Shown one piece after another: positions 1 to 10,104 of a DNA stretch of 64,000 bases (position 1 is the first letter of the stretch; each line of letters starts with the position of its first letter). The position numbers were made by a program, and so were the translations under genes. The DNA is taken from contig JBIQJB010000006.1 of assembly GCA_044507735.1 (NCBI GenBank), positions 1 through 64,000 of the forward strand. Reading direction: 5' to 3'. The DNA is from Nitrosopumilales archaeon. Its GTDB lineage: Archaea > Thermoproteota > Nitrososphaeria > Nitrososphaerales > Nitrososphaeraceae. The notes under the pieces are model-generated. The model was given only the letters and a program-made list of their open reading frames with translations, searched no databases and had not been told where the DNA came from.

Positions 1-38
1 CACAAGATTTAAAGGATGGCTGACGGCCTTATCGAACT

Positions 39-326
39 ATGCCGAAGAAAAGGGCGAGCAGAGGCCGATCAAAGGGTGGCAAGGGTAGCTCCGGCGTAGT
101 ACATTGTAGCTCGTGCGGCGCTCTGGTTCCACGTGATAAGGCCAAAAAAGTTACCGGAAGAATAACGCTTGTGGAGCCAACGCTTGCGAAGGAATTGCGA
201 GCAGCTGGCGCATACATTCCAATGTCGACAGATGTCAAATTTTACTGTGTCTCATGTGCAGTCCACAGGGGCGTTGTAAAAGTAAGATCTGAGGTCGATA
301 GGCGAACCGCAGGCAAGCTCAGATAG
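39..326 (+). CDS. rps26e: 30S ribosomal protein S26e
   Basis: MPKKRASRGR N-terminus, CSSC...VPRDKA...YCVSCAVHRGVVKVRS zinc motif typical of S26e; TTTAAA at 8-13, about 30 nt upstream. Confidence 0.96.
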   Translation: MPKKRASRGRSKGGKGSSGVVHCSSCGALVPRDKAKKVTGRITLVEPTLAKELRAAGAYIPMSTDVKFYCVSCAVHRGVVKVRSEVDRRTAGKLR

Positions 327-960
327 AAGACAGCTTTTTGGCAGTTGCGGCTATACGCTGGATTAGCGTAATGCCTGCAACTATCGACACCATTATCACA
401 GCCCAATAAATGCCTCTATAGAGCATCTCTGATTCGGAAGGCATCATGAGGTGAAGAGGAATCATACCAATTATAGCAAGTATGAGCATTCGTTCGGCAC
501 GCTCTCCAATCCCAATACCCTTTAATTCAACTCCTAGTGATTCGGCCCGTGCCCTTGTATAGCTCACAAGAATCGATATCCCCAACGCAACGAGGCACCA
601 GAAAGGCTCCACAAGATTCCCAAAGGCAATACCTGCAAAGATAATGACTTCAGATATCTTATCAAAGGACGAATCCAGGAATGCCCCCTTCTTCGACGCC
701 TGCTTCGTAACTCGCGCCACGCTGCCATCAACGATATCAAAAAAACCGGAGATTAGCAAGAGTACGCTACCTACAACTACTGAAGTATACCAATCAACTT
801 GCAGGAAGTTGGGCGATGCAGAGGCATATACTATTCCTGCCGCTATAGACATCGCCAAGCCAACGCCAGTCCAAAAGTTTGCAGACAAGCCTGTGGAAGC
901 AAAGCTCGTGCCCAGTTTAGTCATTGTAGGCTGGAGAGAATCCCTCAGCTTGTTAAGCAA
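319..960 (-). CDS. CDP-alcohol phosphatidyltransferase (archaetidylinositol-phosphate synthase-like)
   Basis: DxxDGxxAR...GxxxDxxxD motif (DIVDGSVAR...GAFLDSSFD), SYTRARAE, multiple TM helices; TTG at 960 preferred over the ATG at 1023. Confidence 0.9.
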   Translation of the reverse strand: MLNKLRDSLQPTMTKLGTSFASTGLSANFWTGVGLAMSIAAGIVYASASPNFLQVDWYTSVVVGSVLLLISGFFDIVDGSVARVTKQASKKGAFLDSSFDKISEVIIFAGIAFGNLVEPFWCLVALGISILVSYTRARAESLGVELKGIGIGERAERMLILAIIGMIPLHLMMPSESEMLYRGIYWAVIMVSIVAGITLIQRIAATAKKLSSI

Positions 961-1317
961 CGATTTTCCAACAGGAATCTTACATAATAATTTATTCGCA
1001 GCAGAGAGGCGGAGCAACCTCATGAGCTTTTTCGCCCGCCTTCCTTAAGGCGAATTCGAATTCAGAGTCTCTTTCGTCCGTGTACTGCTACTACTTACCC
1101 TGCTCCTGCGGTGCTTCACCTTGGTCCTTCTTCTATCTGTCTCGCATTCGATCTTCTTTTCCATCCGTGCATCATGTCGGTCACAACGTCGTTTCAGTAT
1201 CTGTAATTAGTTGACGGACTTTGAGAAATCTGGCAGAAAAATTCTTACAAACATTATCGCCCGAGCCATCCAACCAAATTCATTAATACCAAATTTTCAA
1301 CGATATAGCGAAACCGC

Positions 1318-2280
1318 GTGCCAGAATGGGACATACGGGCAGTACTAGAAAAACTGGGAGTAGAGTTCCAGGCTGAGGGCAGCAACGCGAAGGTGCAGAG
1401 TGCCGCCCCGATAAATGAGGCTACAGAGAAGGACCTTGCGTTCTGCTGGTACGGGGGCGAAAAGGGTGCGTCTTATATCCAGGATTCAAAGGCCGGCGTA
1501 ATACTATGCAAGAGTGAAATGCAGGGCAGAGTCCATCCTAAAGGTAATAATCAGCTCCTCATATTTACCGAAAATCCTCGGCTTGCGTTCGTACGTACCA
1601 TGAAGGAAATGCATGGTGAAAAAAGGCTAGAGGGCATATCCCCGAAAGCGACAATATCTGACAAAGCAAAGATTGGGTCAGGATGCTATATCGGCGACTA
1701 TGTGGTGATTGGTGACAACTGCATCATTGGCGACAATACGGTTATCTACGACAGAGTATCGCTTGTGCAAAACTGCATCATTGGCAAGAACTGCGTCATC
1801 CAGTCTGGCGCCACATTGGGCTCTGATGGCTTTGCATTTGAACGCCACGACAATGGAGATTTGGAGAAGTTTCCTCACAAAGGATACGTGAAATTAGGTA
1901 ATAATGTCGAGATTTACGCCAATTGCTCCGTGGCGCGTGGATCACTTTCAGACACCATAATTGGCGACGGTACAAAACTCGATGCCTTGGTGCACATAGC
2001 GCACAATGTAGTTGTCGGTAAGAACTGCGAGCTTACCGCAGGCACAATCATTGGAGGGAGCACTACAATAGGCGACACGACTTGGACGGGTCTCAACTCC
2101 ACGCTAAAGAACAAGATCAGGGTAGGGAGCAATGTAATAGTAGCTTCAGGCGCATCTGTCATACATGACGTGCCGGATTGTGATATCGTCGCAGGAGTTC
2201 CTGCAAGGTCAATAAAACATAAGGTGAACACCGACGAGGTGTTTCTTATGGCTGGCCAGAAAAAGGCTTCAGAGGCTTAA
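1318..2280 (+). CDS. LpxD-like hexapeptide-repeat N-acyltransferase
   Basis: N-terminal uridine-binding-like domain (ENPRLAF), left-handed beta-helix repeats, GSDGFAF loop, KLDALVHIAHNV with the LpxD catalytic His, GVPAR end. Confidence 0.88.
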   Translation: MPEWDIRAVLEKLGVEFQAEGSNAKVQSAAPINEATEKDLAFCWYGGEKGASYIQDSKAGVILCKSEMQGRVHPKGNNQLLIFTENPRLAFVRTMKEMHGEKRLEGISPKATISDKAKIGSGCYIGDYVVIGDNCIIGDNTVIYDRVSLVQNCIIGKNCVIQSGATLGSDGFAFERHDNGDLEKFPHKGYVKLGNNVEIYANCSVARGSLSDTIIGDGTKLDALVHIAHNVVVGKNCELTAGTIIGGSTTIGDTTWTGLNSTLKNKIRVGSNVIVASGASVIHDVPDCDIVAGVPARSIKHKVNTDEVFLMAGQKKASEA

Positions 2281-2981
2281 GCGCTCACGGATTCGATTAC
2301 TTCTTTTGGCATGTCTTCTGAAGTAACCTTCGGGATATTTTCCTGGGGAACCTTTAGTAGCTTAAACTCTTTCCCAAAGCAGAGCTTAGCAACTTCAAAA
2401 GCCTCGACCCCCGTGACAGACGTATTGAGCCGGCTCTGGAGAGCTCTGTATTCTGCAAGCCCTCTTATTGCGTTTGATTTCAAGAACATCTTGCTTCTCT
2501 GAGACCAGAAGATGTTGATCAGTTCTATCTTGTCGTCTATGACGTCAGAGATGTCATAGTACACCTGTGGCTTGAAGTCTCGGGTAACGGGGATTTCATA
2601 TGCAAGGATGTTGGGGATGAACCTGCCTGCCTCTATAGTTGCCGCAGCGATCGCCCGGTGGTCATGATGTGTGTCGCCAATCGAATGTGTTAGCACTATG
2701 TCTGGATCGGACTTGTTGATGAAAAACTCGATGTGATTGATGAGGTCGTTGTTGAGAGAAACCTTTGTGTCCTCGAAATTGTCTATCCAAAGCCTTTTTG
2801 CTCCAATGAATTTCGCGGACTGCGTCAGTTCTTTTGTCCTTTCCTCAGGATTACCCGACGCCGCTCCTCTTGTCAGTGTATACATAAAGATGTTGTGACC
2901 CTGCCGGGCTGCCTTTAGCAGCATTCCCCCGCATCCAAGTTCAATGTCATCTGGGTGAGCTCCAATCGCGAGTATGTTCAT
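2277..2981 (-). CDS. PIG-L/LmbE family N-acetylhexosamine deacetylase
   Basis: AHPDDIE and HHDH zinc motifs, EAF C-terminal motif; start taken at MNILAIG. Confidence 0.92.
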   Translation of the reverse strand: MNILAIGAHPDDIELGCGGMLLKAARQGHNIFMYTLTRGAASGNPEERTKELTQSAKFIGAKRLWIDNFEDTKVSLNNDLINHIEFFINKSDPDIVLTHSIGDTHHDHRAIAAATIEAGRFIPNILAYEIPVTRDFKPQVYYDISDVIDDKIELINIFWSQRSKMFLKSNAIRGLAEYRALQSRLNTSVTGVEAFEVAKLCFGKEFKLLKVPQENIPKVTSEDMPKEVIESVSA

Positions 2982-3143
2982 CACGAACTGTGAACAGCAC
3001 ACTTATTTATCAAGTCCTGAGTCAGTCTCTGTCATATAATAATAGATGATTTCTCGCAGGATCTTGTAGGACCAAAGTCCAGAACATTTGTTTGTGGTTG
3101 TCAGGCGATTACTCTTAAATCTATTGAAATCGGTTCCCTCTTA

Positions 3144-3656
3144 TTGAAGATAGTAATAGCAATATTTGCATCCCTACTGTTGGTGATGACGATAATTTTA
3201 TCCGCAACAAGCTTTGCAAGAGCGCAATCGATCCCGCTTCCGCCTCCGTCACCCGAGAGCAGTGGTGAGGAGATAAAAAGAGCAGAGAACGACAGGACAC
3301 CTCCGCAGATAGAGATCCTGACTACAGAGCTCACAGCCGGTAAGAACGTCTTTCGCGTAAGAATAACGGATGATTCTAGCCTGCAGGTTAGGGAAGTGAA
3401 ATACGTCAGCAACGGTCAAATCAAGATCGACGGACTGTTCAGGGACCAAAATAACGTATACAAGGCCTTAGTTGACATACATCCACCGTCAAGAGTCGTA
3501 GTGGTCACAGCCAGCGACGTGAATGGCAACATGGCAACCACATTCAAAGAGTACGATGTCAAGGAGTCAAACGACTTCTTCGCTCAGATAATGAACATGT
3601 TTTCGCAGATTTCACGATACTTCCAGGACTTGTTGGGCACAATCGTTCCTACATAA
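3144..3656 (+). CDS. secreted hypothetical protein with Ig-like beta segment
   Basis: Signal peptide (ARA|Q), Pro-rich linker, DRTPPQI...TASDVNGN pattern common in Ig-like surface domains. Confidence 0.7.
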   Translation: MKIVIAIFASLLLVMTIILSATSFARAQSIPLPPPSPESSGEEIKRAENDRTPPQIEILTTELTAGKNVFRVRITDDSSLQVREVKYVSNGQIKIDGLFRDQNNVYKALVDIHPPSRVVVVTASDVNGNMATTFKEYDVKESNDFFAQIMNMFSQISRYFQDLLGTIVPT

Positions 3657-3804
3657 TATATAGCAGTTGTCAAGTGGCAGCCACTATACAAATTAGTGTA
3701 TTTTTCTATCCGAACTCATTAATACAAAAATCCCGCCTTGGGATACGGCAACATAAAAAATGTCTACCCTAGTGATGCGTAGAGGAAGGTGCGGATGATA
3801 ACAG

Positions 3805-5154
3805 ATGGCCGACAAAGGATGGATTTTGTTCTTTTTTGCCATAATGGCTTTGTGGGCTGTCGTGCTCACGTCAACGCTTTACCCGTACGTATATGGTACT
3901 GAAATTCTTGTTAACCGTGAAATTGATCTCACGTATTTCACATTGCCCATACTTGGGTTCAACTTGATCTATGTATTCATGCTCATCCTCATATTTGCCC
4001 TCTATCTTGGAACGTACGGCAGAGTGAGGAAATACCAGATACGGATGAAAAAGAATGCGACGGAAAGATTCCGGACACAGTCAGAGCTTTGCAGCATAAT
4101 AATTCCGGCAAGAAACGAAGAGAGCGTAATAAAGAGGACAGTCCTCAACTGCCTGCAACAGACATACCAGAACATCGAGGTAATAGTCGTGGCGCATAAC
4201 TGTTCTGACAGAACATTTGAAGAGGCAAAGGTCGAAGATCCTAGGGTCAAGGTTTTCAGGTTAGATACAAAAGAGGCTGGAAAGGGCATCGCTCTGAACT
4301 TTGCGGTATCAAAATCAACTGGCAACTACATACTGGTACTTGACAGTGACGGAATCTTGACCCGCGATTTTATCGAGAACGCTTTACCACTCTTTGATGA
4401 GAACTATGCAGCAGTGCAAGGCAGGTACATTGCAAGCAACAGGAGCTTTAACTTTGTGACTAGGATGCTTGCCCTCGAAGGCGATCTCTGGTCGACACCA
4501 TTCATGACTATAAGAAGTCACTTTGGACGACGCACTCCACTCGGCGGAACCGGATACATCGTGAGGAAAGACATCTTGACAAAGGTAGGCATGTTTGCAA
4601 ACCATTTGGTAGATGACTACGAGCTGACATTCAGGCTATTAAGGAACGGGTACCGTATCGCGTTTGCGCCACTGTCTGTTAATTATGACGAAAAGCCGCC
4701 CACACTCTCCTTTATGCTGAGACAGAGGGCAAGATGGGGCAAGGGCTTCATTGATCTTCTTAGCACACGAGTTGCAGAAGGCCCCGACATTATTGGCCAT
4801 ATTTACTGGCTCAACCCTCTTGCAGCGATCTGCGGGCTTATCATGCTAATGGTGCCGGCTTTTGCAGCCATCCACTACTTGATCTACGATTACTACCCAT
4901 ACACCTACGCATACATACCACTGAGCGTCTGGTTTGCGTTCACTGGAGTTCTGTTTGCCCTTCAGGCTGCAGTTTTGGTAAGGGAGTACGGGCGGCGCGG
5001 ATTGGTGTACGCGGCTCAGATACCGGCGCTTACCCCGTTTTCACACTACTGGTTCGTAAGCTTCATGAAAGCGTTCACGATCAAGTCATGGGCAAATACC
5101 AAGACGATGCACGGCTTCATGAAGGAAGCGAAGATGGTATCGGATGCATCTTGA
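3805..5154 (+). CDS. processive family 2 glycosyltransferase (cellulose synthase-like/PgaC-IcaA type)
   Basis: IIIPARNEE, GKGxALN, DSD, VDD and QRARW (D,D,D,QxxRW) motifs; two N-terminal and several C-terminal TM helices. Confidence 0.92.
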   Translation: MADKGWILFFFAIMALWAVVLTSTLYPYVYGTEILVNREIDLTYFTLPILGFNLIYVFMLILIFALYLGTYGRVRKYQIRMKKNATERFRTQSELCSIIIPARNEESVIKRTVLNCLQQTYQNIEVIVVAHNCSDRTFEEAKVEDPRVKVFRLDTKEAGKGIALNFAVSKSTGNYILVLDSDGILTRDFIENALPLFDENYAAVQGRYIASNRSFNFVTRMLALEGDLWSTPFMTIRSHFGRRTPLGGTGYIVRKDILTKVGMFANHLVDDYELTFRLLRNGYRIAFAPLSVNYDEKPPTLSFMLRQRARWGKGFIDLLSTRVAEGPDIIGHIYWLNPLAAICGLIMLMVPAFAAIHYLIYDYYPYTYAYIPLSVWFAFTGVLFALQAAVLVREYGRRGLVYAAQIPALTPFSHYWFVSFMKAFTIKSWANTKTMHGFMKEAKMVSDAS

Positions 5155-5203
5155 CTCTAACTCCATACCGCAGAAATATAATGAATACACTTAGGAAACT
5201 GGA

Positions 5204-6277
5204 ATGCAGGTAGAAAAGAATGTTGAGATACTAACGATTGCAGGGACTAGGCCCGAAATAATAAAGCTGTCAGAGCTGGTGCGGTTGCTGAACAAGGAAC
5301 GTGGCAGCAAACATGCCTTGTTGTACACAGGTCAGCACTTCTCAGGCAACATGAAAGACATATTCTTTGACGAGTTGGGCATAAAACCTGATTATGATCT
5401 TGGTTGTGACACGTCACAAGTCGATGCACTAAGAGAAAACATGATTCGTTTCATGAAGTCCACAAATCCCGAATATGTTCTGGTATACGGCGACACCAGC
5501 TCCAGCATGGCAGCAGCATTGACTGCAAAGGAAATCGGCAGCAAGCTAGTACATATCGAAGCAGGCATAAGGGACTTTGATTTGAATGTCCCCGAGGAAG
5601 TCATCAGAATACACATTGATGAGATATCAGATTATCTTTTTGCGCCATCCAAGTTATCCCAGACCTTCCTGGAGTATGAAGGAGTGAGAGGAGAGATTCA
5701 TGTAACAGGCAACCTGATAGTCGACGTGTGCAGAAAACTATCAAAAGAGGTCGAGCAATTCAGCAGGCGCGCCGAGCTGCCAAGTGAATTCTTGTTGCTG
5801 ACCATGCACAGGCAGGAAAATGTCGACGACCCGGCGAAGCTGGAGATGCTCAGAAAGCACCTAGAAGAAATAGCAGAATACAAGGTGGTCTTTCCAGTAC
5901 ATCCCCGGACAAGGAATAACCTGCACAAGTATAACATCAGACTGCCAGATAATGTCCTGACCATTGACCCTGTAGGGTATTTGGACTTTCTTTACTTACT
6001 GAAGAAATGTAGGCTTGTGTTGACCGATTCCGGAGGGGTGCAGGAAGAGGCGATCATTTTAGGGAAGCCCTGCATAACCCTTCGCCACAGCTCTGCGAGG
6101 TGGGAGACGATACTTCTCAAGGCCAACAGGCTATTCCCGCTAGACAGAAAGGATTCGCTCAACACCATCGTCAAAGAGATGCTTCCAACAAAGATAACAC
6201 ACAACCCATATGGTGAGAATGTCGCACAAAAAATGTTTGAGCTGATACACAAGACTATCGCGAGCGAAGGATCTTGA
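5204..6277 (+). CDS. wecB: UDP-N-acetylglucosamine 2-epimerase (non-hydrolysing)
   Basis: GTRPEIIK, TGQH, VYGDT, HIEAGIR, HRQEN, TDSGGVQEEA, NPYG motifs. Confidence 0.95.
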   Translation: MQVEKNVEILTIAGTRPEIIKLSELVRLLNKERGSKHALLYTGQHFSGNMKDIFFDELGIKPDYDLGCDTSQVDALRENMIRFMKSTNPEYVLVYGDTSSSMAAALTAKEIGSKLVHIEAGIRDFDLNVPEEVIRIHIDEISDYLFAPSKLSQTFLEYEGVRGEIHVTGNLIVDVCRKLSKEVEQFSRRAELPSEFLLLTMHRQENVDDPAKLEMLRKHLEEIAEYKVVFPVHPRTRNNLHKYNIRLPDNVLTIDPVGYLDFLYLLKKCRLVLTDSGGVQEEAIILGKPCITLRHSSARWETILLKANRLFPLDRKDSLNTIVKEMLPTKITHNPYGENVAQKMFELIHKTIASEGS

Positions 6278-6393
6278 CAGAATTTCTTTTAATATTATTT
6301 TTCTCTAGCACAGACCTACGAATCAGGTTATCCAGTCCAAACAAGTGGAGATACTGCATTAACTGTTAAATAATTTTTTACTATTCCATTACC

Positions 6394-8643
6394 GTGAATC
6401 ATAATTCGATATCCTTGGTGCTAGCCATCAGTCTTCTTGCCACACCATTTTCTATTGCGTTTGCGCAGCAGCAATTGCAGACTCAACTGTTTGGGTGCCA
6501 GCGTTATGGCGACTCGACCCATTGCGATCTTCTCCTGAACGACATGAAAGCCTACCAAACGACAGGCAACTCCACGCTGATACACACCCTCACGACAAGA
6601 GATACTGTCTTTGTAGATGGCAAGATCGGTCAGGCGGTTGAAATGCGCGGGCAATACAGGGAATCGATAGAAGTGATGAACACGCCCGAGCTCAATCCAA
6701 CACAATTTTCTATTTCATTTTGGCTCAAGCCTACGGTAATCGAGCCGTACGGACATGTTGTTTCTCACAGCAACAGGGCCCAGACTGCAGGATGGCAGTT
6801 TGACACTTTCAGCACAAGCGGTCCGGGCGGGACCCCGGTGTCGGTTCTGCGTTTTGGTATTTTCAATTCAAATGGAACGCTCTTTTCACCTGCGGATATT
6901 ATGCTTTCACGTGACAAAATGGTACATGTCACTGGAACATTTGACGGCGAGACTCTCAGGATCTATGAGGACGGAATCCTTGCCGGCGAGACAGAGTTCA
7001 GGGGAAGTTATGCAGCAGAGCCAGGAGTTCCTCTGCGCGTAGGCTCTGCCGCATATTGCTCCTCGTGCAACAGATGGTCGGGGGTATTGGATGACTTGCG
7101 CATGTATAACAGGACCCTGACCGCAGAAGAAGTCGCGCAGCTTGGCAAGATGGGAGATGTTTCTTCAGGCCTGGTTCTTCACTTGAAGTTTGACGGCAAC
7201 ACCCAAGACGCGCTTGGAAGGAATGGAGGCACCAGCACAACAATGCTTGGCAGCATGGCGTTTGCTCCAGACGGCAGGCTATTTTTCACTGAGAAAAATA
7301 CTGGTGCAATAAGGATAATGACACCCGATCATAGAGTCCTTGATGAACCATTTGCACAGGTGCAGGATGTCTTCGTAAGCTGGGAGCAAGGATTGCTTGG
7401 TATTGCAATCGATCCGGACTTTGAGAGTAACCACTATGTCTATGTCTACTATAGCGCCCTGGTCAATACGGAAAATGGCGAGAAGAACAAGGTGGTGAAT
7501 AGAGTTCTCAGGTTCACTGATAGTGACAACATAGGTACTGACATGAAGGTGCTAATGGATAACATCCCGGCGTCACAAGGTTTCCATTCCGGTGGCGCGA
7601 TGGCCTTTGGGCCAGATGGCAAACTGTATATCACAGTGGGAGATGCAACAGAACACATCTTTGCTCAGGACCCGTCCATACCGATCGGCAAAGTGCTACG
7701 AATAAACAAGGACGGTACGATCCCGGAAGACAACCCGTATGCAAACTTGCCGGTGTACACAGTCGGGCACCGTAACATGTATGGCATCGCATTTGACAAC
7801 ACCTCCGGAACAGGCCTTGTCACAGAAAATGGTGACTTCAGGTATGACGAAATAAACATCATCCAGAAAGGTGGAAACTACGGATTCCCAACGCTGCAGC
7901 CGCCGAACCTTCCCCCTGAACGTGGCGATGACGCATCAATCAAACCAATCCGAAGCTACTGGGACACCATAGCACCCACGAACATGATCTATTACACAGG
8001 TGACGCAGTGCCTGAACTTAAGGGCATGTTCCTCTTTGGAACTTTTACAGGCGACATTTATGCCCTGAAGCTAAGCGAGGACAACAAAAGAGTAGTGCAG
8101 GAGATAAAAGTCGATCTTGACCACTTTCCATTCGTCCCGACAGTAGGCATAGCCCAATCGCCTGATGGCAAGATCTACTACGGAGGATACCAGATATATA
8201 CACTTGATTCGATTGGCGAGATGAACCAAATGCTCTTCCCCATCTATATTGAAGCGCCTGATGAAGTCAACGTTGCAGAAGTAGGATTGGATGAGGCCAA
8301 GAAACAAGTGACTATAGACGCGAAAGTCGACGGAACCATTACACCCGACGCTACATTGACTGCAAGAATCCCAAAAGCCCTCATTGATAATGTTGCATCA
8401 GTAGCAAGAAGCGGACAGGGCGGAGGCAACATAGACTTTACGACGGACGATTCAAATGCCAACTTTACCGCAATAACGATCGATCTTGCATCAGCACTTT
8501 CTGACAATGATGACCTAAGATTATCCATTATTGGTACAACGACTGTCGTACCCGAGTTTCCATCTGCGACTGTAATTGTTGCTGTAGCAGTTGCAGCAAC
8601 AATTACAATGACCACATTAAGAATAAGAAAGAAGGGTTTGTAA
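6394..8643 (+). CDS. exported LamG-domain + PQQ-dependent sugar dehydrogenase (GSDH) with PEF-CTERM anchor
   Basis: Signal peptide; LamG-like segment (GKIGQA...FSISFW...LDDLRMYNRTLT); GSDH motifs EQGLLG, HSGG, FGPDGKLY, GHRN, DEIN, NYGFP; C-terminal VPEFP + hydrophobic helix + RIRKK. Confidence 0.88.
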   Translation: MNHNSISLVLAISLLATPFSIAFAQQQLQTQLFGCQRYGDSTHCDLLLNDMKAYQTTGNSTLIHTLTTRDTVFVDGKIGQAVEMRGQYRESIEVMNTPELNPTQFSISFWLKPTVIEPYGHVVSHSNRAQTAGWQFDTFSTSGPGGTPVSVLRFGIFNSNGTLFSPADIMLSRDKMVHVTGTFDGETLRIYEDGILAGETEFRGSYAAEPGVPLRVGSAAYCSSCNRWSGVLDDLRMYNRTLTAEEVAQLGKMGDVSSGLVLHLKFDGNTQDALGRNGGTSTTMLGSMAFAPDGRLFFTEKNTGAIRIMTPDHRVLDEPFAQVQDVFVSWEQGLLGIAIDPDFESNHYVYVYYSALVNTENGEKNKVVNRVLRFTDSDNIGTDMKVLMDNIPASQGFHSGGAMAFGPDGKLYITVGDATEHIFAQDPSIPIGKVLRINKDGTIPEDNPYANLPVYTVGHRNMYGIAFDNTSGTGLVTENGDFRYDEINIIQKGGNYGFPTLQPPNLPPERGDDASIKPIRSYWDTIAPTNMIYYTGDAVPELKGMFLFGTFTGDIYALKLSEDNKRVVQEIKVDLDHFPFVPTVGIAQSPDGKIYYGGYQIYTLDSIGEMNQMLFPIYIEAPDEVNVAEVGLDEAKKQVTIDAKVDGTITPDATLTARIPKALIDNVASVARSGQGGGNIDFTTDDSNANFTAITIDLASALSDNDDLRLSIIGTTTVVPEFPSATVIVAVAVAATITMTTLRIRKKGL

Positions 8644-8651
8644 AAAGAAAT

Positions 8652-10001
8652 CTATTGCGCCGGAACTATGCGATACAGATCACCTGTGTATGTGAGTACG
8701 TACAGATAACCATCTGGCCCAGTTTCTATATCACTTATGGCGCCAAAGCCCGTGCCAAACGTAACTGCGTCTGTTTCGTCGCTGTCGTCTGCCACCAAGT
8801 CTTCAAGTCCGCTGCCTACAAGTGCAAGACCATCCCTTGTTTCGTTGACAGTAAAGTAGTAGAGGTTACCGTTGTTAAAGTCGCCCACAAAGATGTTATA
8901 TGCATATGTTCCACCAAGCTTTGTAGAATTCAAGAATTCAATATCGGTTATGCCATGTGCTTCACTCCAGCTGAATACAGGGTCGGAATAGTGTGATCCT
9001 TCAAATTGAACCAGATCGTCGACGGTCTTCTCACTTCTTTCTATTGGTCCCATTATCTGCTCCCATCCGCTGTTGAGGCCCGGCTTGACCACGTTTATCT
9101 CATCGTAGCCCGTTGGCCCATTTTCCGTGTCCCACAGCACGCCCGTTAACGGATCAAAGTCTATCCCAAAGCTGTTTCGAATTCCGTATGCATAATATTT
9201 TGACATGTTTCCGGGCATCGGGTTATCCGCCGCGGCGTTGCCATTGACGTCAACCCTCAGGATTACAGATGTGTCATCTGGCTCACCAGCACCTGCAAAG
9301 TTCTGGAGGACTCCATTTCTGTTAAGATCGCCGATAACAGCATACAGCATGCCATCAGGTCCAATCGCCAACTTACCTCCGTCATGGTTGGGGCCGGGTT
9401 CTCCAGGAAGATCGAGCAATAGTGTTTCTCCAGTGAGATTGCCATACTTGTCCATATTATACTTGTAAATCCTGTTTCTTACTTCGTCATCAGAAGATTG
9501 GGTACAGTAGAGGAAAATCGTCCTTGTCCCATTCCCATTGTCTTGCACAGCCACACCAAGCATTCCTCGTTCGCTGTCGCTTTCAACAGTAGTCTCCAGC
9601 ACTGGTTCTTCCTGCAGCACGCCATTTGATACAAGGCGTACCATGCCATTTTTCTTTTCAAGGATCAAGATATCGTCAGGGCCGATGAATGTCATGCTAG
9701 TAGGAAGATCTAGCCCTTCGATGACTTTTTCGACCTTTAGTCCCGCATCGGAGATCTCTGGCAGATTCTCACTAGGAAGAACCGTGAACGTACCTTCCGC
9801 ACCGCCATTATTGGCACTACCAATACCATCAGTATTAGTATTGTTGCTCACATTGTTTTGTGCCGGTGCGACTTCGGTGCTGTTCGCGGGTTGTGGAGAA
9901 AAGGTGCCGTTGTTCAGTCTCACATAATTCAGCGAAATGGAAGCACCCACCACAATTGCAACAGCGATCATAGAAAAAACTGTCGCACGCATCCTGTCCA
10001 T
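8652..10001 (-). CDS. membrane-anchored PQQ-dependent sugar dehydrogenase (GSDH family)
   Basis: N-terminal TM/signal, Asn-rich linker, ERGMLG, HDGG, GPDGMLY, YGIRNSFG, TENGP, DEIN, GPDGYLY beta-propeller motifs. Confidence 0.9.
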   Translation of the reverse strand: MDRMRATVFSMIAVAIVVGASISLNYVRLNNGTFSPQPANSTEVAPAQNNVSNNTNTDGIGSANNGGAEGTFTVLPSENLPEISDAGLKVEKVIEGLDLPTSMTFIGPDDILILEKKNGMVRLVSNGVLQEEPVLETTVESDSERGMLGVAVQDNGNGTRTIFLYCTQSSDDEVRNRIYKYNMDKYGNLTGETLLLDLPGEPGPNHDGGKLAIGPDGMLYAVIGDLNRNGVLQNFAGAGEPDDTSVILRVDVNGNAAADNPMPGNMSKYYAYGIRNSFGIDFDPLTGVLWDTENGPTGYDEINVVKPGLNSGWEQIMGPIERSEKTVDDLVQFEGSHYSDPVFSWSEAHGITDIEFLNSTKLGGTYAYNIFVGDFNNGNLYYFTVNETRDGLALVGSGLEDLVADDSDETDAVTFGTGFGAISDIETGPDGYLYVLTYTGDLYRIVPAQ

Positions 10002-10104
10002 TCAGTGTGAATATTCGATTTCTCGTTATTATGTATTCTAGAGAACGATAGGGTAAGCAAAATATTATCCAAACTTCAAAAGAAAATGTATTCGACCTAC
10101 AGTA

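Noticed and set aside
1045-1164. 39-aa basic minus-strand ORF (MEKKIECETDRRRTKVKHRR...) with nearby palindromes CCTTAAGG and GAATTCGAATTC
   Set aside because: No recognisable motif or clear TATA box at the expected distance; short palindromes are expected by chance
1318-2280. Lipid A biosynthesis (true lpxD)
   Set aside because: Archaeal context and no lpxA/C/B/K in the window; treated as an LpxD-like acyltransferase only
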